Positions 12,090 to 27,252 of a stretch of DNA of 64,000 nt are shown here, piece by piece. The stretch's first letter is position 1; each line of letters begins with the position of its first letter. The translations under genes and the position numbers were made by a program. Source of the DNA: Eledone cirrhosa. Lineage: Eukaryota. The notes beneath the pieces are model-generated. The model was not told the origin of the DNA and did no database searches. It worked only from the letters and a program-made list of their open reading frames with translations. The DNA lies in NCBI GenBank assembly GCA_964016885.1, contig OZ024741.1, positions 217,186,001-217,250,000 on the forward strand, given 5' to 3'.

Positions 12090-13157
12090 TTAAGTTACAA
12101 GATATAAACACTGACACAAACATAAACATTGACACACACACACACCCATGACAGGCTTCTGCAGTTTACCTTTACCAAATTCCACTCACAAAGCATGTGT
12201 CAACCCAAGGCTATAGAGATTTGTCTTCGATGCCATGCAGCGAAACAGAACAAAGAACCAGATGGTAACAAAATGAACTCATTAACCACACAGCCATGCC
12301 TGTGCCGTTAATTAATCAATTATTTCAGTTCTTAATAGTATTGTTATAGTATTTACCTGTGTGTAACTGATTTACAATAGGTACACTAACCCATGCTAGC
12401 GTGGAAGATAGACGTTAAACGATGATGATGATGATGACACTGTATCCCTGTGTGTCTCAAGTTTAGAATAGGTACACCGTATCCCTGTGTATCTAGTTTA
12501 CAATAGGTACACTGTATCACTGTATCTCAACAGGGAAAATGGCTCTAACTCTTTATCAGTTAAACCGGCCATATCCAGTCAGAATTCTCTCACCTCTCCC
12601 TGTTCAACCGGTCATAACCGGCCGCTCATACTTACGTTATGGTATTGTCTCCAAATAAATATCAAAATCTCACAGATTTGATATGTGAGATAAAGTGTTT
12701 ATTTACTGTGAAAATATAATAGTAAATATAGTAAATGCTAAAAGGTTAAAATGCACACTGCCTAAAACCACTCCTGGTTTTATATATTTACCTAAAAATC
12801 TGTCATCACAGTTTCATGTAATGGTCTCTAATTTAGGCACAAGGCCAGCAGTTTGTGAAAGTCAGTTATATCAACTCTATTACATGACGTATTTTATTTT
12901 ATTGACCCCAGAAGAATGAAAGGCAAATTCAACCTGGGTAATGGAACAAAAGCAATAATGGTAATAGATAGAAGTGAGAACAATACAAAGCAATAATGAC
13001 AAATAGCAAAAGTTTACTAATAGATGGGGACAACCACTTAGAGTAATTCCAGGGAAATTGCCACTCAAAACTGCGATTACTCTGTCACATCAGTGACATT
13101 GAAAAAACAAATACATCTACCTCAAATGACACTCATGCACACACTTCTATTCTTTGC

Positions 13158-13268
13158 TAAGGCCACATTTTGTGTCATATTACTCTGTAGTTTCTCCTGT
13201 GTACTCACCGACAACCCTGTGAGTACACAGGAGAAACTCCAGAATAACAAAACTTGAAGATGGCCTTA
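13158..13268. repeat. ~110-bp palindrome with a 20-bp perfect inner stem (MITE remnant or hairpin RNA)
   Basis: AGTTTCTCCTGTGTACTCAC (13189-13208), 10-nt loop, GTGAGTACACAGGAGAAACT (13219-13238); outer TAAGGCCA..TGGCCTTA. Confidence 0.8.
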
Positions 13269-13969
13269 ACTCTTTAGCATTTACATTACTCCATATTTAC
13301 ATTACTCCGTATTTCCGTGATAAAGGCTTTACCTCACATAATATAGAATTTATGAGATTTTGATGTTATTTATTTTGAGAACAATGCTGTAACATCAGTA
13401 TGAGAGGCCAGTTACGGCCGGTTTGAACAGAAAGAGGTTAGAGAATTCTGGGCGGATTTGGCCGGTTTAAATGCTAAACGGTTAAAGAATATATATTTCT
13501 CTATTATGGTATTGAGTATTCATTCTCACAACCATTAATACCAAGCATATATCGATATGGATTGATAGTTAGTTATATATAAGCCGAAGCATATAGGCAA
13601 TATGCCCCCATCCCTTCCCACTGTAAAGTGGTCGTGGAGGTGTCACGACAAAAAAGCACCCAGACCACACTGTAAAGTGGACGTGTAGGCGCCACGGAAG
13701 AAAAGCACCCAGCACTCACTGTAAATGAGGTTGGTGTTAGGAAGAGCATCCAGCTGTAGAAATTGAGCCAAAATCAGTTCCTGTATGAGCAAGACGTCAG
13801 CCGACCTAACATTGCTCACAACAGGACAACCCGTTTAACCCATGCTAGCGTGGAAGAATCGACGTAAAACGGTGATGATATATATATATATAAGTAGCAT
13901 ACGCTACTTGGCAAATAACTATATGTATCACCTATCCTCCCTTTTTTTTCTCTCTCAATACGTAAATAC

Positions 13970-14003
<34 letters not shown>

Positions 14004-14035
14004 CATATATATATATACATATATATATATACATA

Positions 14036-17000
14036 TCATCATCATCATCAACGTTTAACGTCCGTGTTCCACGCTTGCATGGGTTTGGACGGGGGTAGTC
14101 CCACTTGAGGCAAGAGTGATTGTCTTGCTCGCATAGGACTGTCTGGCAGGTTTTCTACAGCTGGATGCCCTTCCTAACACCAACCACATTTACAGTGTGG
14201 GTCTGGGAGGTTTTTACTGTGTTGCCTACACGGCCACATTACAGCGTGGACTGTGTGTTTTTTTGCCGTGACACCTACACGATCTCATTTGTTTCGGCCT
14301 GGATGGTGCGGCACCAACATAACTTTACATAGAACGGGGTGGTGTGGATGGGGTGGGGGTGGTGGGACGGGGTGTATTTTGTTAGAGATGCCTACTGGCT
14401 GTAGTAGGTTTTACTATGTATTTAGGTAAGGCGGGTCTTCTCTGTTACTGAGTACCGCCAAAGGTCTCGGTCCAGTGACATTGTCTTGGAGAGGTGTAAG
14501 TGTGTGAGGTCGGAGTTTATCAGCTCGTCCCAGGTTTTTCTAGGTCTGCCTATTCCGTGGCTACCGTCTATCTTTATTGCCCTGCACTTTGTTATACAGC
14601 TATCGACTTTCATGCGCATCACGTGTCCATACCAACGTAGCCTTCTCTCGAGTAAACAACATCTGATCCCTCTTATTTCTAATTTTTTCCTTAGTTCGTT
14701 TATGCTTTGCCGTTCACGTATATTACTGTTACACATCCAGCGGAGCATGCAAGCTTCGTTCCTCTCTAGTCTGCGTAGATCCTCTGCACACAATTTCCAG
14801 GCCTCACTGCCATGCAACATTGCTGTTCGTATGCAGGCATCGTACAACCTGCCTTTCATTTTTAGGGAGAACCCTTTAGCAGCTAATAGTGGTATAAGCT
14901 CTCTGAACTTTTTCCAACCAGTTCTGACTCTAGCTACTGTACTTTCAGAGCACCCTCCCCCACTGCTGATTTTATCGCCCAGGTAACGGAAGCTGTCCAC
15001 TATTTCTATAGAACCCTCTGCGCAATTGAAAGAGCTAGTATTTTGTGGGCACTTGCTGCTACTTATTGCACCAGAGCACCGGCCACATGTAAAATCTATG
15101 TTCTTAGTTAGCTTACCTGTGATCCCACTACATCTTTTATGCACCCATACTTTGCATTTAGGACATAAAATGGAGTTTCTACCTACGCCTTTCCTACACA
15201 CCGAGCACGACCATTTCCCAGAACGGACCGCCGCCTTATTTTCTTTCCTACAAACTAGAACTTTAGTCTTAGCCAGGTTAATTTTAAGTCCTTTTGATTC
15301 TAGGCCGTGCTTTCATGTTTGGAATTTCTTCTCTAGCTCGGCCATTGATTCCGCTATGAGTGTCAGGTCGTCTGCGTATAGGAGTTCCCATGGGCAGCCG
15401 GTCTTGAACTCCTCTGTTATAGCCTGAAGGGCAATAATATATAGTAGGGGGCTGAGAACAGAGCCCTGATGGACGCCAACTTTTACGCTAAACTCTTCAC
15501 TATATTCGTTGTTAATTCTAACCTTGCTGACTGTTTCTTTATACATGGCTTGTATAGCCCTCACAAGCCATTCGTCAACGCCTAGTTTTCTAAGAGCCCA
15601 CCAGATAATGGAGCGGGGGACTCTGTCGAAGGCTTTCTCCAAGTCGACAAAAGCTAAGTAGAGGGGTTTACCTTTAGCTAGGTACTTCTCCTGTAGTTGT
15701 CGTACAATGAAAAGAGCGTCTGTGGTACTTTTGCCTGACACAAACCCGAACTGCATTTCATCTAGGTCAATTCTCTCTCTGATTAGTTGCACTATTACTT
15801 TTTCCGTGACCTTCATGACCTGGTCGATTAATTTAATGCCTCTATAGTTACTCCTATCTAGGGCGTCTCCTTTACCCTTATAACAGTTAACGATGATGCT
15901 GCTATGCCAGTCCTTCGGAACAACCCCATTCTGTACGACTTGGTTAACTATGCGGGTGACCATGGTGTGTCCCACCGTGCCAGATGCCTTCAGCATCTCA
16001 GCAACTATTTCCGAAGGCCCAGCCGCCTTACCCGTCTTCATATCCTTGATTGCCTTACTTATTATACTCCCCTCGACTAACACTGCTGGTCCCTCTATTG
16101 GGTCGACATGGGGGAGACTGTCTTTCTCCCATTTATTCTCCTCATTTAGTAGCCTTTCATAGTGACACTTCCAAGCTACCTTCTTATCAGCGTCGGTGAT
16201 GGCAAGTGTGCCATCATCGTTAAGTACACACTTCTCCCCGACTATATCACGGTTTTCCTTGACGCATTGCCTAGCAATCCTGAACACCTCACGTTTTTGG
16301 TCCTCGCGTTGTAGAACATGCTTGAACTTTCTTTCCTCTGCTTCCCTTCTTGCTAAGTACACTTGTCTCCTAGCTTCCCTCCTGGCCACTTGATAGTCTT
16401 CTCTACTTCCCCCATCCCGCCATACTTTCCAAGCCTGCTTTTTGGCCTTAATTGACCCCTCCACCTTACTGTTCCACCACCATGTTACTCTCCTCCTGCC
16501 TACAGGCCTGCTCCAGCCACAGACTTCGTCTGTCGCCATCAGCAGGTTTGCTTTCAGAAATTCCCACTGTCCCTCTATATTGTCCGACTCTAAATGTTCT
16601 TCCTTACTGTCGAAAGCATCAAGTAATATGCTTTGAAATTTATTTCTGGCTGTGGGGTCCTTTAGCTTCCATATTTTTCTCCTGAGGATAGTCCTCTTCT
16701 GCTGTCGAGTACGTCTCGTCCTGACTATGAGGTCGCGAATTATCAGTATGTTGGGAGGTGCATTCTTCATGGGGGAGGGATTTAGTGTTTACAACAGACA
16801 CTCTGTCACATCTTCTGGTAAGGATATAATCTACCTGGCTTGTGTGTTCCCCGGATCTATAGGTGATCGGGTGATTGTCACGTTTTTTGAAGTTAGTGTT
16901 ACAGATAGTTAGGTTATTTGCATCACAGAATTCCAGGATTCTGGAGCCTTCCTCATTTCTAGTACCAAACCCATAGCCTCCATGGATTTCGTCGTAGCCG

Positions 17001-17810
17001 TCACAATGTTGTCCAACGTGACCATTTAGGTCGCCTGCAATAATTATATAGTCACTGTCGGATATTTGGGAGCTAGTTAGCATCAGTGTCTCATAGAATC
17101 TGTCTTTTATAGTGCCGGGCAGTCCGGATTGGGGTGCGTACGCAGATATTACTGTCACCGTAGTTCTATTGAGGACAAGTCGTATTTTAATTATTCTGTC
17201 GTTCACTCTATTTACGTCTATTATCTTATCTGCCCACTTTTCTGCTACCATGATTCCTATTCCATCCACCCAGCCCATCGTCGTTTCCCACCCAGAAAAG
17301 CTTATAACATCGTTTTTTACCCTCAATGAATCTAGCAGACCCACCCCTCCATCTGGTCTCTTGAATACAACAAACATCGACCTCCTTACGTTCAAGCTTT
17401 TCTACAACCTCGTTAGCACGACCCTTTAGGGTGCCTACATTTATGGTACCAACGCTGAAGTTTTGGATTGCGTTTGGAGGGTGGGGGCGGGGGGAGATGG
17501 GGTTATGTTAGCCGTCCGCGGTCGAAACAAAGAGGAGTGCTCGCATTCTCGTCCACGAGGTGAATTTGTCTTTAACTTCGGCATTTTCGCTGAGCGTCCA
17601 GATTTTTCTCTCCCTTCCACTCTCCAGGATTCCGCAGTCCATCCATCCATCCATCATATATCGAAAGGCAACCGGGCAAGCGATAGTATAGGCCTCTGGC
17701 TTATGATTGGTCCGGGTAATAATAATAATGGTGATGCGTGGGGGCTCTGGCTTATGATTGGTCCACGTATTAACAATGGTGGTGTGTGGGGGCGGGTGGG
17801 AGGTTAGGAT
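14036..17810 (-). mobile_element. Near full-length RTE-clade LINE, copy 1 (APE endonuclease, RT, PHD-like finger), disrupted
   Basis: APE motifs (SAYAPQ, AGDLNGHVG, QVDYIL), RT motifs (FVDLEKAFDRV, GVHQGSVLSP, LYADD), RTE C-terminus (RRLRWYGHV..GRPRKTW) and (GAT)n tail; split across three ORFs. Confidence 0.95.
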
Positions 17811-18074
17811 TGTTTAACAAGCGATTAACAAAAAACAAAAGTGCAAGATTTGTTCTGTTCAATACGACAAAAACTCGCGTATTTAAGATAAATAACAAAA
17901 AAATACAGATTTCGGATTTTGCAAGATTGGATGTTTGGACTAGGTACGAAATTGAAGCGTGGAGTAGATAGAAAAATGTGTACGTTACGATTACATGAGA
18001 TACACCGTAGTAGGAACAGCAATGAATTGGCGAAAGTGATTAAACATGAAGGGGAGTTTTTATCTTATATATAT

Positions 18075-18425
18075 AATACAGAAGACCCGCCTTGCCTAAG
18101 TACAAAGCGAAACCTACAGTCAGTAGGCACCTCTTAACAAAAATACACCCCCGTCCCACTACCCCCACCACATCCACACCACCCCTTTCGATGTAAAGTT
18201 ATGTTGGTACCACATCATCCAGTCCGAAATAAATGAGGTTGTGTAGGTGTCACGACAAAAAACACACAGTCTACGCTGTAATGTGGCCGTGTAGGTAACA
18301 CGGTAAAAACCTCTGTCCACACTGCAAACATGGTTGGTGTTAGGAAGGGCATCCTTCCAATCTTGCCTCAAGTGGTACAATTCCCGTCTAAACTCATGCT
18401 AGCGTGAAAGATAGACTTTAAATGA
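18075..18425 (+). mobile_element. RTE 3' tail fragment (similar tails at ~13600-13880, 18610-18880, 39516-39625 and 58060-58240)
   Basis: GAAGACCCGCCTT..GGAAGGGCATCC..CATGCTAGCGTG, homologous to the RTE 3' UTR. Confidence 0.75.
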
Positions 18426-18440
18426 TAATATATAATATAT

Positions 18441-18610
18441 AGAGGTACATGGCTTAGTGGTAAGATGGCCTTAGATGGCCTTGCAATCGAAAGGTTGTGA
18501 GTTCAATTCTCAGACTGGGTGATGTTGTTTCCTTGAGCAAGACACTTTATTTCACATTTCTCCAGTTTACTCAGCTGTAGAAATGAGTTGATAGGGCTGG
18601 AGTCCCTATC
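18441..18610 (+). mobile_element. tRNA-derived CORE-like SINE (family S2); relatives at ~41075-41330, 51480-51660, 51930-52260, 55100-55340, 58235-58395 and 62255-62470
   Basis: TGGCTTAGTGG (A box), GAGTTCAATTC (B box) and CCTTGAGCAAGACACTTTATTTCAC core. Confidence 0.7.
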
Positions 18611-18879
18611 ATTCCACTGCAAAGTGGTCGTGGAGGTGCCACGGCAAAAAAACACCCAGCCCACACTGTGAAGTGGACGTGTAGGCGCCATGGAAAACAA
18701 GCACCCAGCACTCACTGTAAATGAAGTTGGTGTTAGGAAGGGCATCCAGCTGTAGAAATCAAGCCAGAATCAGTTCCCGTATGAGCAAGACAAGGTCAGC
18801 TGACTGGACACTGCCCACAACAGGACAGCCCGTCTAACCCATGCTAGCCTGGAAGAACGGACGTAAAACGGTGATGATA

Positions 18880-19192
18880 ATATATATATATATATATAAT
18901 ATACGTATAATATATATATATATATATATAATATACGTATAATATATATATATATATATAATATATATATAATATACGTATAATATATATATATATATAT
19001 ATATAATATATATATAATATATATATAATATATATATAATATACGTATAATATATATACGTATAATATATATATAATATATATATAATATACGTATAATA
19101 TATATATATATATAATATATATATAATATATATATAATATACGTATAATATATATATATATATATATATAATATATATATAATATACGTATA

Positions 19193-19224
<32 letters not shown>

Positions 19225-19579
19225 TAATATACGTATAATATATATATATATAATATATATAATATACGTATAATATATATATATATAATATATATAATAT
19301 ACGTATAATATATATATATATATATATATAATATACGTATAATATATATATATATATATATATATAATATACGTATAATATATATATATATATATATATA
19401 TAATATACGTATAATATATATATATATAATATATATATAATATACGTATAATATATATATATATAATATATATATAATATACGTATAATATATATATATA
19501 TAATATATATATAATATACGTATAATATATATATAATATACGTATAATATATATATATATAATATATATATAATATACG

Positions 19580-19617
<38 letters not shown>

Positions 19618-19619
19618 CG

Positions 19620-19655
<36 letters not shown>

Positions 19656-19657
19656 CG

Positions 19658-19697
<40 letters not shown>

Positions 19698-19699
19698 CG

Positions 19700-19735
<36 letters not shown>

Positions 19736-19765
19736 CGTATAATATATATATATATATATAATACA
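18880..19765. repeat. (TA)n satellite with ATAATATACGTATAAT module
   Basis: Directly visible in the sequence. Confidence 0.95.
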
Positions 19766-19897
19766 TGGAAAGTTATATTTAAAATTGTTGGGTTACAACT
19801 AGTAAATATTTATAACTGGTATAAAAGCACTCGACAAATATTTGGAGTATATTTACAATATTAAATAAATGGAAAACTATATTTATAAAACCATATT

Positions 19898-19963
19898 TAT
19901 TTCATTATATATATTTCGGGGATATCATATTAACAATATGCTATGCCTTCATCAGACAAAATA
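19898..19963 (-). ncRNA. Type I hammerhead ribozyme in the PLE terminal region (family B)
   Basis: TATTTTGT-CTGATGA-A-GGCATAGCATATT GTT AATATGATATCCCC-GAAA-TATATATA|ATGAAATA: 8-bp stem I, long stem II with mismatches, palindromic stem III, AUA site. Confidence 0.7.
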
Positions 19964-21434
19964 CAATATAAACAGTTTTATAGACAAATAGGTTCGACAT
20001 ACCGTTATAACACCGACTTCATTTGAAGAGGTTTACTCTGGCTGTGAAAAAATTTTACACAGAGAGAAAGAAAAAGAGAGAAAACAGAAAGAAAGACAGA
20101 AAACGAAGAAAAGGAAGAAAAAGAAGAGAAAGAGGAAATGCATGGAACAAAATAGAGAGATGGAAAGATAGATAAAGCGAAGAACTTCATGTAAAGAAAC
20201 AGAAAGAGATATATATATATATAGAGAGAGGAAATAGAGATAGATACATATATATATATAGAAAATTAGGTAGTGGGAGGTCATTTTGAGTAAATGTATC
20301 AATGATACGTTTATTTATTTATTTATTTATTTAGCTCAAGTATTAATGTAAGGGAGATATATATAGAGAGAAAAAAATATAGAGAGAGGAGAGGAAAACA
20401 ATAGAGAGAGGAAAAAATAGCGAGATTAAAAAATTAAAAAATTTAAAAATAGCCAGATATATTCGAGGCGTAAAAACCCTATGTTTTAATGTATTAATAT
20501 TTATAAAACTTACACTATATTGTAAATATCAGTATTCCTGAATGAGACAAGTATCTATAATGTGTGAAAATTAATTATCTTATGTTTAGTTTTAAAAAAA
20601 ATTCATATGTTTATGTGACAGCTACAAACATCCATGCGAATCTAACTGATTCACTCTGCAAAACTCATGGAAAACGTTCTCAATGTGGTATAAAAATTTG
20701 AGCATACAAATATGTGTATTATTATTCATGTCATTACTCTACCAGATTATCTATCAAGCAGAAGTAGAGAGCAGATTTCAATATACTAATAAAAATATAT
20801 ATCATAAACAAAACTAAAAATAAAAAGATAACAATAATAATAATAAGTAAAAATATAGAATAGAACACTAAAAAAATTAAAAAATAAAAATATTACGAAA
20901 GAATATTACATAATAAAAATATTATATATTAAGCATACTACGTATTAAAAAATATTACGTATTAAAAATTTACATATTAAAGATATTAAAAATACAATAA
21001 AAATAAAAAATAAAAAATATTATAGAAAATATTATAGAATACTACAATAATAAAAATAAAAATAAAAATACACCACAAAGATCAACCCTTCAAAGTTAAT
21101 TGACAATATATTGCCAAGTTCTTTACAAGACAAAGCCAAAAATTATCCATCAAATCACATCTAGCAAAGATCATTTCAAAAAGATTATGATGTCCAATTA
21201 GGTCTATATATGTTCTTATATTTAATATAGAAGTTTATCTAGTGTAAGGTTTATTCAAAAATTTGGAGCATCAGCTTTTAGGGTAGCTTAATTTTTCATG
21301 AGGAATGTTTAGATAAAAATAAAATAAAAATAAAAATAAACAATAAAAAGAGAATAAAAAGAAGGAATCAAAGATTTAGGAATCAAAAATTTATCGGCTA
21401 GTTTCCCATATAAATATAAATCAAACTAAATATA

Positions 21435-22860
21435 CTACATTTTAAATTTAAATTTATATTTAAACGTTGAGTTTAATCTATGTTTGCAACAACTGAATAA
21501 ATTTGTCCGTAGGTTAAGGGAATTTTTAGATTTTAGTATAAAGAATATCTCCTCTGCGCAGAGGTCACATGTCTCAGAGGATGAATTAAAAGGAATCCCT
21601 CTTGAGACTATATTCCAAGCCGTTGAATATCTAACGTTATCTAGCTTAAGTTGCCAGAGTACGCCTGATAGTGCCGTTGAAGATTTTTTATTTGGATCTG
21701 TGAAAGAATTCTTGTGGTTATTATAGCGAAGTTTAAATTCCGTCGATGTGGAACCGACGTAGTTAAAAGAATTAGAGTCAGTATTAACATTACAATTGTA
21801 TACTATATTTTTAACTAAGCAGTTGTTATTTAACGGACATTTAGATCTATCTCTACAGTTACATTTGTTAACTTGTATATTATTTATGCTATTATCAGTA
21901 GGTTTTAAGTTCCTATTATTTATTCTATTAATATTTTGTGCTAAATTTTTAGTGGATGAGTAGGTTAATTTAATTGTATGCCTATTGAAAATTGTGTGAT
22001 ACCTATGTGTTCTAGGGAAGCGATTATCAAGAGCTTTGAAAAATAATTTAGCGATGTGGGTTTTAATGTTTAGTGAGAAAGGGAGGGCAAACCAAATTAT
22101 GTTCCTAGTTCTATTTCTTTTTTGTCCTTTGGAATTATTGTAATGCTTTCTATTATAGTTGTTAATGTTGTTGCCGTAATTAAAAAAGTTGTTACTTTGT
22201 TTAGTTTGTCTATCATTATCTATGTACACAATCTTATCAGCATATCCTGCCCTAGCTAGTGCTTCATTATAGTATTGGGCCTTTTCGTCGAAAATCAATC
22301 TATTCGACGAGATCCTAGAAATACGTTTTTGAACTGAGTTTACTATAGTGTTTTTGACAGATCTGGGGTGGTTAGAGTTAAAGTTGACATAGTTTAAGTT
22401 TTCATTCAACTTGTGAAAAGGATAGTGGAGACATGTGTTGAGATTTAATGTTATATCTAGGAAATTGACTATTCTATGGTTGTTCTCAATTTCTATTTTA
22501 AGGTTAAAGTAATTAAAAAATTTTGTAATTTGTTTACATTTTCTATTTAGTTCAGGGTTATTATTATTAATAAGTAAAAGCATGTCATCCCTATATAAAC
22601 CTCCGGTAGTACCAGGTATTTTCCTATGTAGCGAATTGATTAAAAATAAGCCCACAAGGTCAGTTACCTGAGCTGAGTCGGAAGATCCCATAGTTATGTC
22701 AAAATTGCTATCTCTATCTGCTCTGGTCCATAATTTGTCATTAAATTCTATCAAAGTTTTCCTAGCCGATAATATAATATGAATTTCTTTGCTAGTTAGG
22801 TCGGTATGTTTGAATGCGTAATTTAGTGCCTTATTTAGTAGACTAGGGGTAATAGAAGAA
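21435..22860 (-). CDS. PLE reverse transcriptase / GIY-YIG endonuclease (5'-truncated, no internal stops)
   Basis: FDITMGS, GLYRDD, VNFLDITLNL, SNHPRSV, CNCR..CPL..CL linker, IVY..YVGSTSTEFKLRYNNH (GIY-YIG), CDLCAEE..CCKHR. Confidence 0.9.
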
Positions 22861-22863
22861 TAA

Positions 22864-23846
22864 TCTATAGAAATAGTTGACAGCTTCCGTTACCTGGGTG
22901 ACAAAATCAGCAGTGGGGGAGGGTGCTCTGAAAGTACAGTAGCTAGAGTCAGAACTGGGTGGAAAAAGTTCAGAGAGCTCATTCAACTATTAGCCGCTAA
23001 AGGGTTCTCCCTAAAAATGAAAGGCAGGTTGTACGATGCCTGCATACGAACAGCAATGTTGCACGGCAGTGAGACCTGGGCATTGTGTGCAGAGGATATA
23101 CGCAGACTAGAGAGAAACGAAGCTTGCATGCTCCGCTGGATGTGTAATAGTAATATACGTGAACGGCAAAGCATAAACGAACTAAGGAAAAAATTAGAAA
23201 TAAGAGGGATCAGATGTTGTTTACTCGAGAGAAGGCTACGTTGGTATGGTCACGTGATGCGCATGAAGGACGATAGCTGTATAACAAAGTGCAGGGCAAT
23301 AAAGATAGACGGTAGCCACGGTATAGGCAGACCCAGAAAAACCTGGGACGAGCTGATAAATTCCGACCTCACACACTTACACCTCACCAAGACAATGTCA
23401 CTGGACCGAGACCTTTGGCGGTACTCAGTAATAGAGAAGACCCGCCTTACCTAAATACAAAGTAAAACCTACTACAGTCAGTAGGCATCTCTAACAAAAT
23501 ACACCCCCGTCCCACCACCCCCACCCTATCCACACCGCCCATTTCAATGTAAAGTTATGTTGGTGCCACAACATCCAGGCCGAAACAAATGGGATCGTGT
23601 AGGTGTCACGTCAAAAAATAACACAGTTCACGCTGTAATGTGGCCGTGTAGGCAACAGGGTAAAAACCTCCCAGCCCCACACTGTAAATGTGGTTGGTGT
23701 TAGGAAGGGCATCCAGCTGTAGAAAACCTGCCAGATAGTCCTATGCGAGCAAGATAACCACTCTTGCCTCAAGTGGGAAAACCCTCCGTCCAAACCCATG
23801 CAAGCATGGAACACGGACGTTAAACGATGATGATGATGATGATGAT
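22864..23846 (+). mobile_element. 5'-truncated RTE LINE, copy 2
   Basis: IEIVDSFRYLGD..KGRLYDACIRTAMLHGSETW..EKTRLT*, plus 3' UTR and (GAT)n tail nearly identical to copies 1 and 3. Confidence 0.95.
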
Positions 23847-23849
23847 TAT

Positions 23850-23929
23850 ATATTTATAATATACGTATAATGTATATATATATATATAATATATATATAA
23901 TATATATATATAATATATATTATATATAA

Positions 23930-23973
<44 letters not shown>

Positions 23974-23985
23974 TATATATAATAT

Positions 23986-24019
<34 letters not shown>

Positions 24020-24300
24020 ATATATATAATATATATATAATATATATATAATATATATATAATATATATATAATATATATAATATATATATAATATATAA
24101 TATATATATAAATATATATAATATATATATAAATATATATAATATATATATAAATATATATAATATATATATAAATATATATAATATATATATAAATATA
24201 TATTATATATATATAAATATATATTATATATATATAAATATATATTATATATATATAAATATATATTATATATATATAAATATATATTATATATATATAA

Positions 24301-24346
<46 letters not shown>

Positions 24347-24374
24347 TAATATATATATAAATATATATATATAT

Positions 24375-24416
<42 letters not shown>

Positions 24417-24505
24417 ATTATATTATATATATATTATATATAAATATATATATATATTATATATAAATATATATATTATATATATATATATTATATTATA
24501 TATAT

Positions 24506-24537
<32 letters not shown>

Positions 24538-24539
24538 AT

Positions 24540-24600
<61 letters not shown>

Positions 24601-24620
24601 ATTATATATTATATATATTA

Positions 24621-24673
<53 letters not shown>

Positions 24674-24856
24674 ATATATTATATATATATTATATATATA
24701 TTATATATATATTATATATTATATATATATTATATATATATATATTATATATATATTATATATATATATATTATATATATATTATATATATATATATTAT
24801 ATATATATTATATATATATATTATATATATTATATATATATTATATATATATATAT

Positions 24857-24899
<43 letters not shown>

Positions 24900-25008
24900 A
24901 TATTATATATATATATATTATATATAAATATATATATATATTATATATATATATATTATATATAAATATATATATATATATATATTATATATAAATATAT
25001 ATATATAT

Positions 25009-25071
<63 letters not shown>

Positions 25072-25590
25072 ATATATATTATATATATTATATATATATA
25101 TATTTATATATATATATATTATATATATATATTATATATATATATATATATTATATATATATATTATATATATTATATATATTATATATATATATATTTA
25201 TATATATATATATTATATATATATATATATATTATATATATATATTATATATATTATATATATTATATATATATATATTTATATATATATATATTATATA
25301 TATATATTATATATATATATATATATTATATATATATATTATATATATATATATTATATATATATATATATTATATATATTATATATATATTATATATTA
25401 TATATATTATATATTATATATATATTATATATTATATATATTATATATATATATATTATATATATATATATTATATATATATTATATATTATATATATAT
25501 TATATATATATATATATATTATATATATATATATATTATATATATATTATATATATATATATTATATATATATTATATATATATATTATA

Positions 25591-25646
<56 letters not shown>

Positions 25647-25678
25647 ATATATATATTATATATTATATATATATTATA

Positions 25679-25734
<56 letters not shown>

Positions 25735-25910
25735 ATATATATATTATATATTATATATATATTATATATATATTATATATATATTATATATTATATATAT
25801 ATTATATATATATATATTATATATATATTATATATATATTATATATATTATATATATATTATATATATATTATATATATTATATATATATTATATATATT
25901 ATATATATAT

Positions 25911-25941
<31 letters not shown>

Positions 25942-26049
25942 ATATATATATATATTATATATATATATATATATTATATATATATATTATATATATATTA
26001 TATATATATATATTATATATATATTATATATATATATATATTATATATA

Positions 26050-26097
<48 letters not shown>

Positions 26098-26162
26098 ATA
26101 TATATATTATATATATATTATATATTATATATATATTATATATATATATATTATATATATAT

Positions 26163-26196
<34 letters not shown>

Positions 26197-27174
26197 ATAT
26201 TATATATATATTATATTATATAATATATATATAATATATATATATATTATATATAAATATATATATTATATATTATATATAAATATATATATTATATATA
26301 AATATATATATTATATATAAATATATATATTATATATAAATATATATTATATATATATATTATATATATATATATATTATATATATATATATATTATATA
26401 TATATTATATATATATATATATTATATATATATTATATATATATATATATTATATATAAATATATATATTATATATAAATATATATAATATATATATATT
26501 ATATATATATATATATTATATATATATATATATATTATATATAAATATATATATTATATATAAATATATATATTATATATAAATATATATTATATATATA
26601 TATATATTATATATATATTATATATTATATATATATATTATATATATATATATTATATATATATATTATATATATATTATATATATATATATATTATATA
26701 TAAATATATATATTATATATATATTATATATAAATATATATATTATATATATATATATATATTATATATAAATATATATATTATATATATATATATATTA
26801 TATATAAATATATATATTATATATAAATATATATTATATATATATATATATTATATATATATTATATATTATATATATATATTATATATATATATATATT
26901 ATATATATATATTATATATATATTATATATATATATATATTATATATAAATATATATATTATATATAAATATATATAATATATATATATTATATATATAT
27001 ATATATATTATATATATATATATATATTATATATAAATATATATATTATATATAAATATATATATTATATATAAATATATATTATATATATATATATATT
27101 ATATATATATTATATATTATATATATATATTATATATATATTATATATTATATATAAATATATATTATATATAT

Positions 27175-27252
<78 letters not shown>

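Larger units (their letters stand above)
19766..22863 (-). mobile_element. 5'-truncated Penelope-like element (RT plus C-terminal GIY-YIG, Naiad-like) with long AT-rich 3' region
   Basis: ORF reads through from ~22860 to 21435; a hammerhead motif lies near the 3' end; the 3' end abuts the (TA)n array. Confidence 0.85.
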
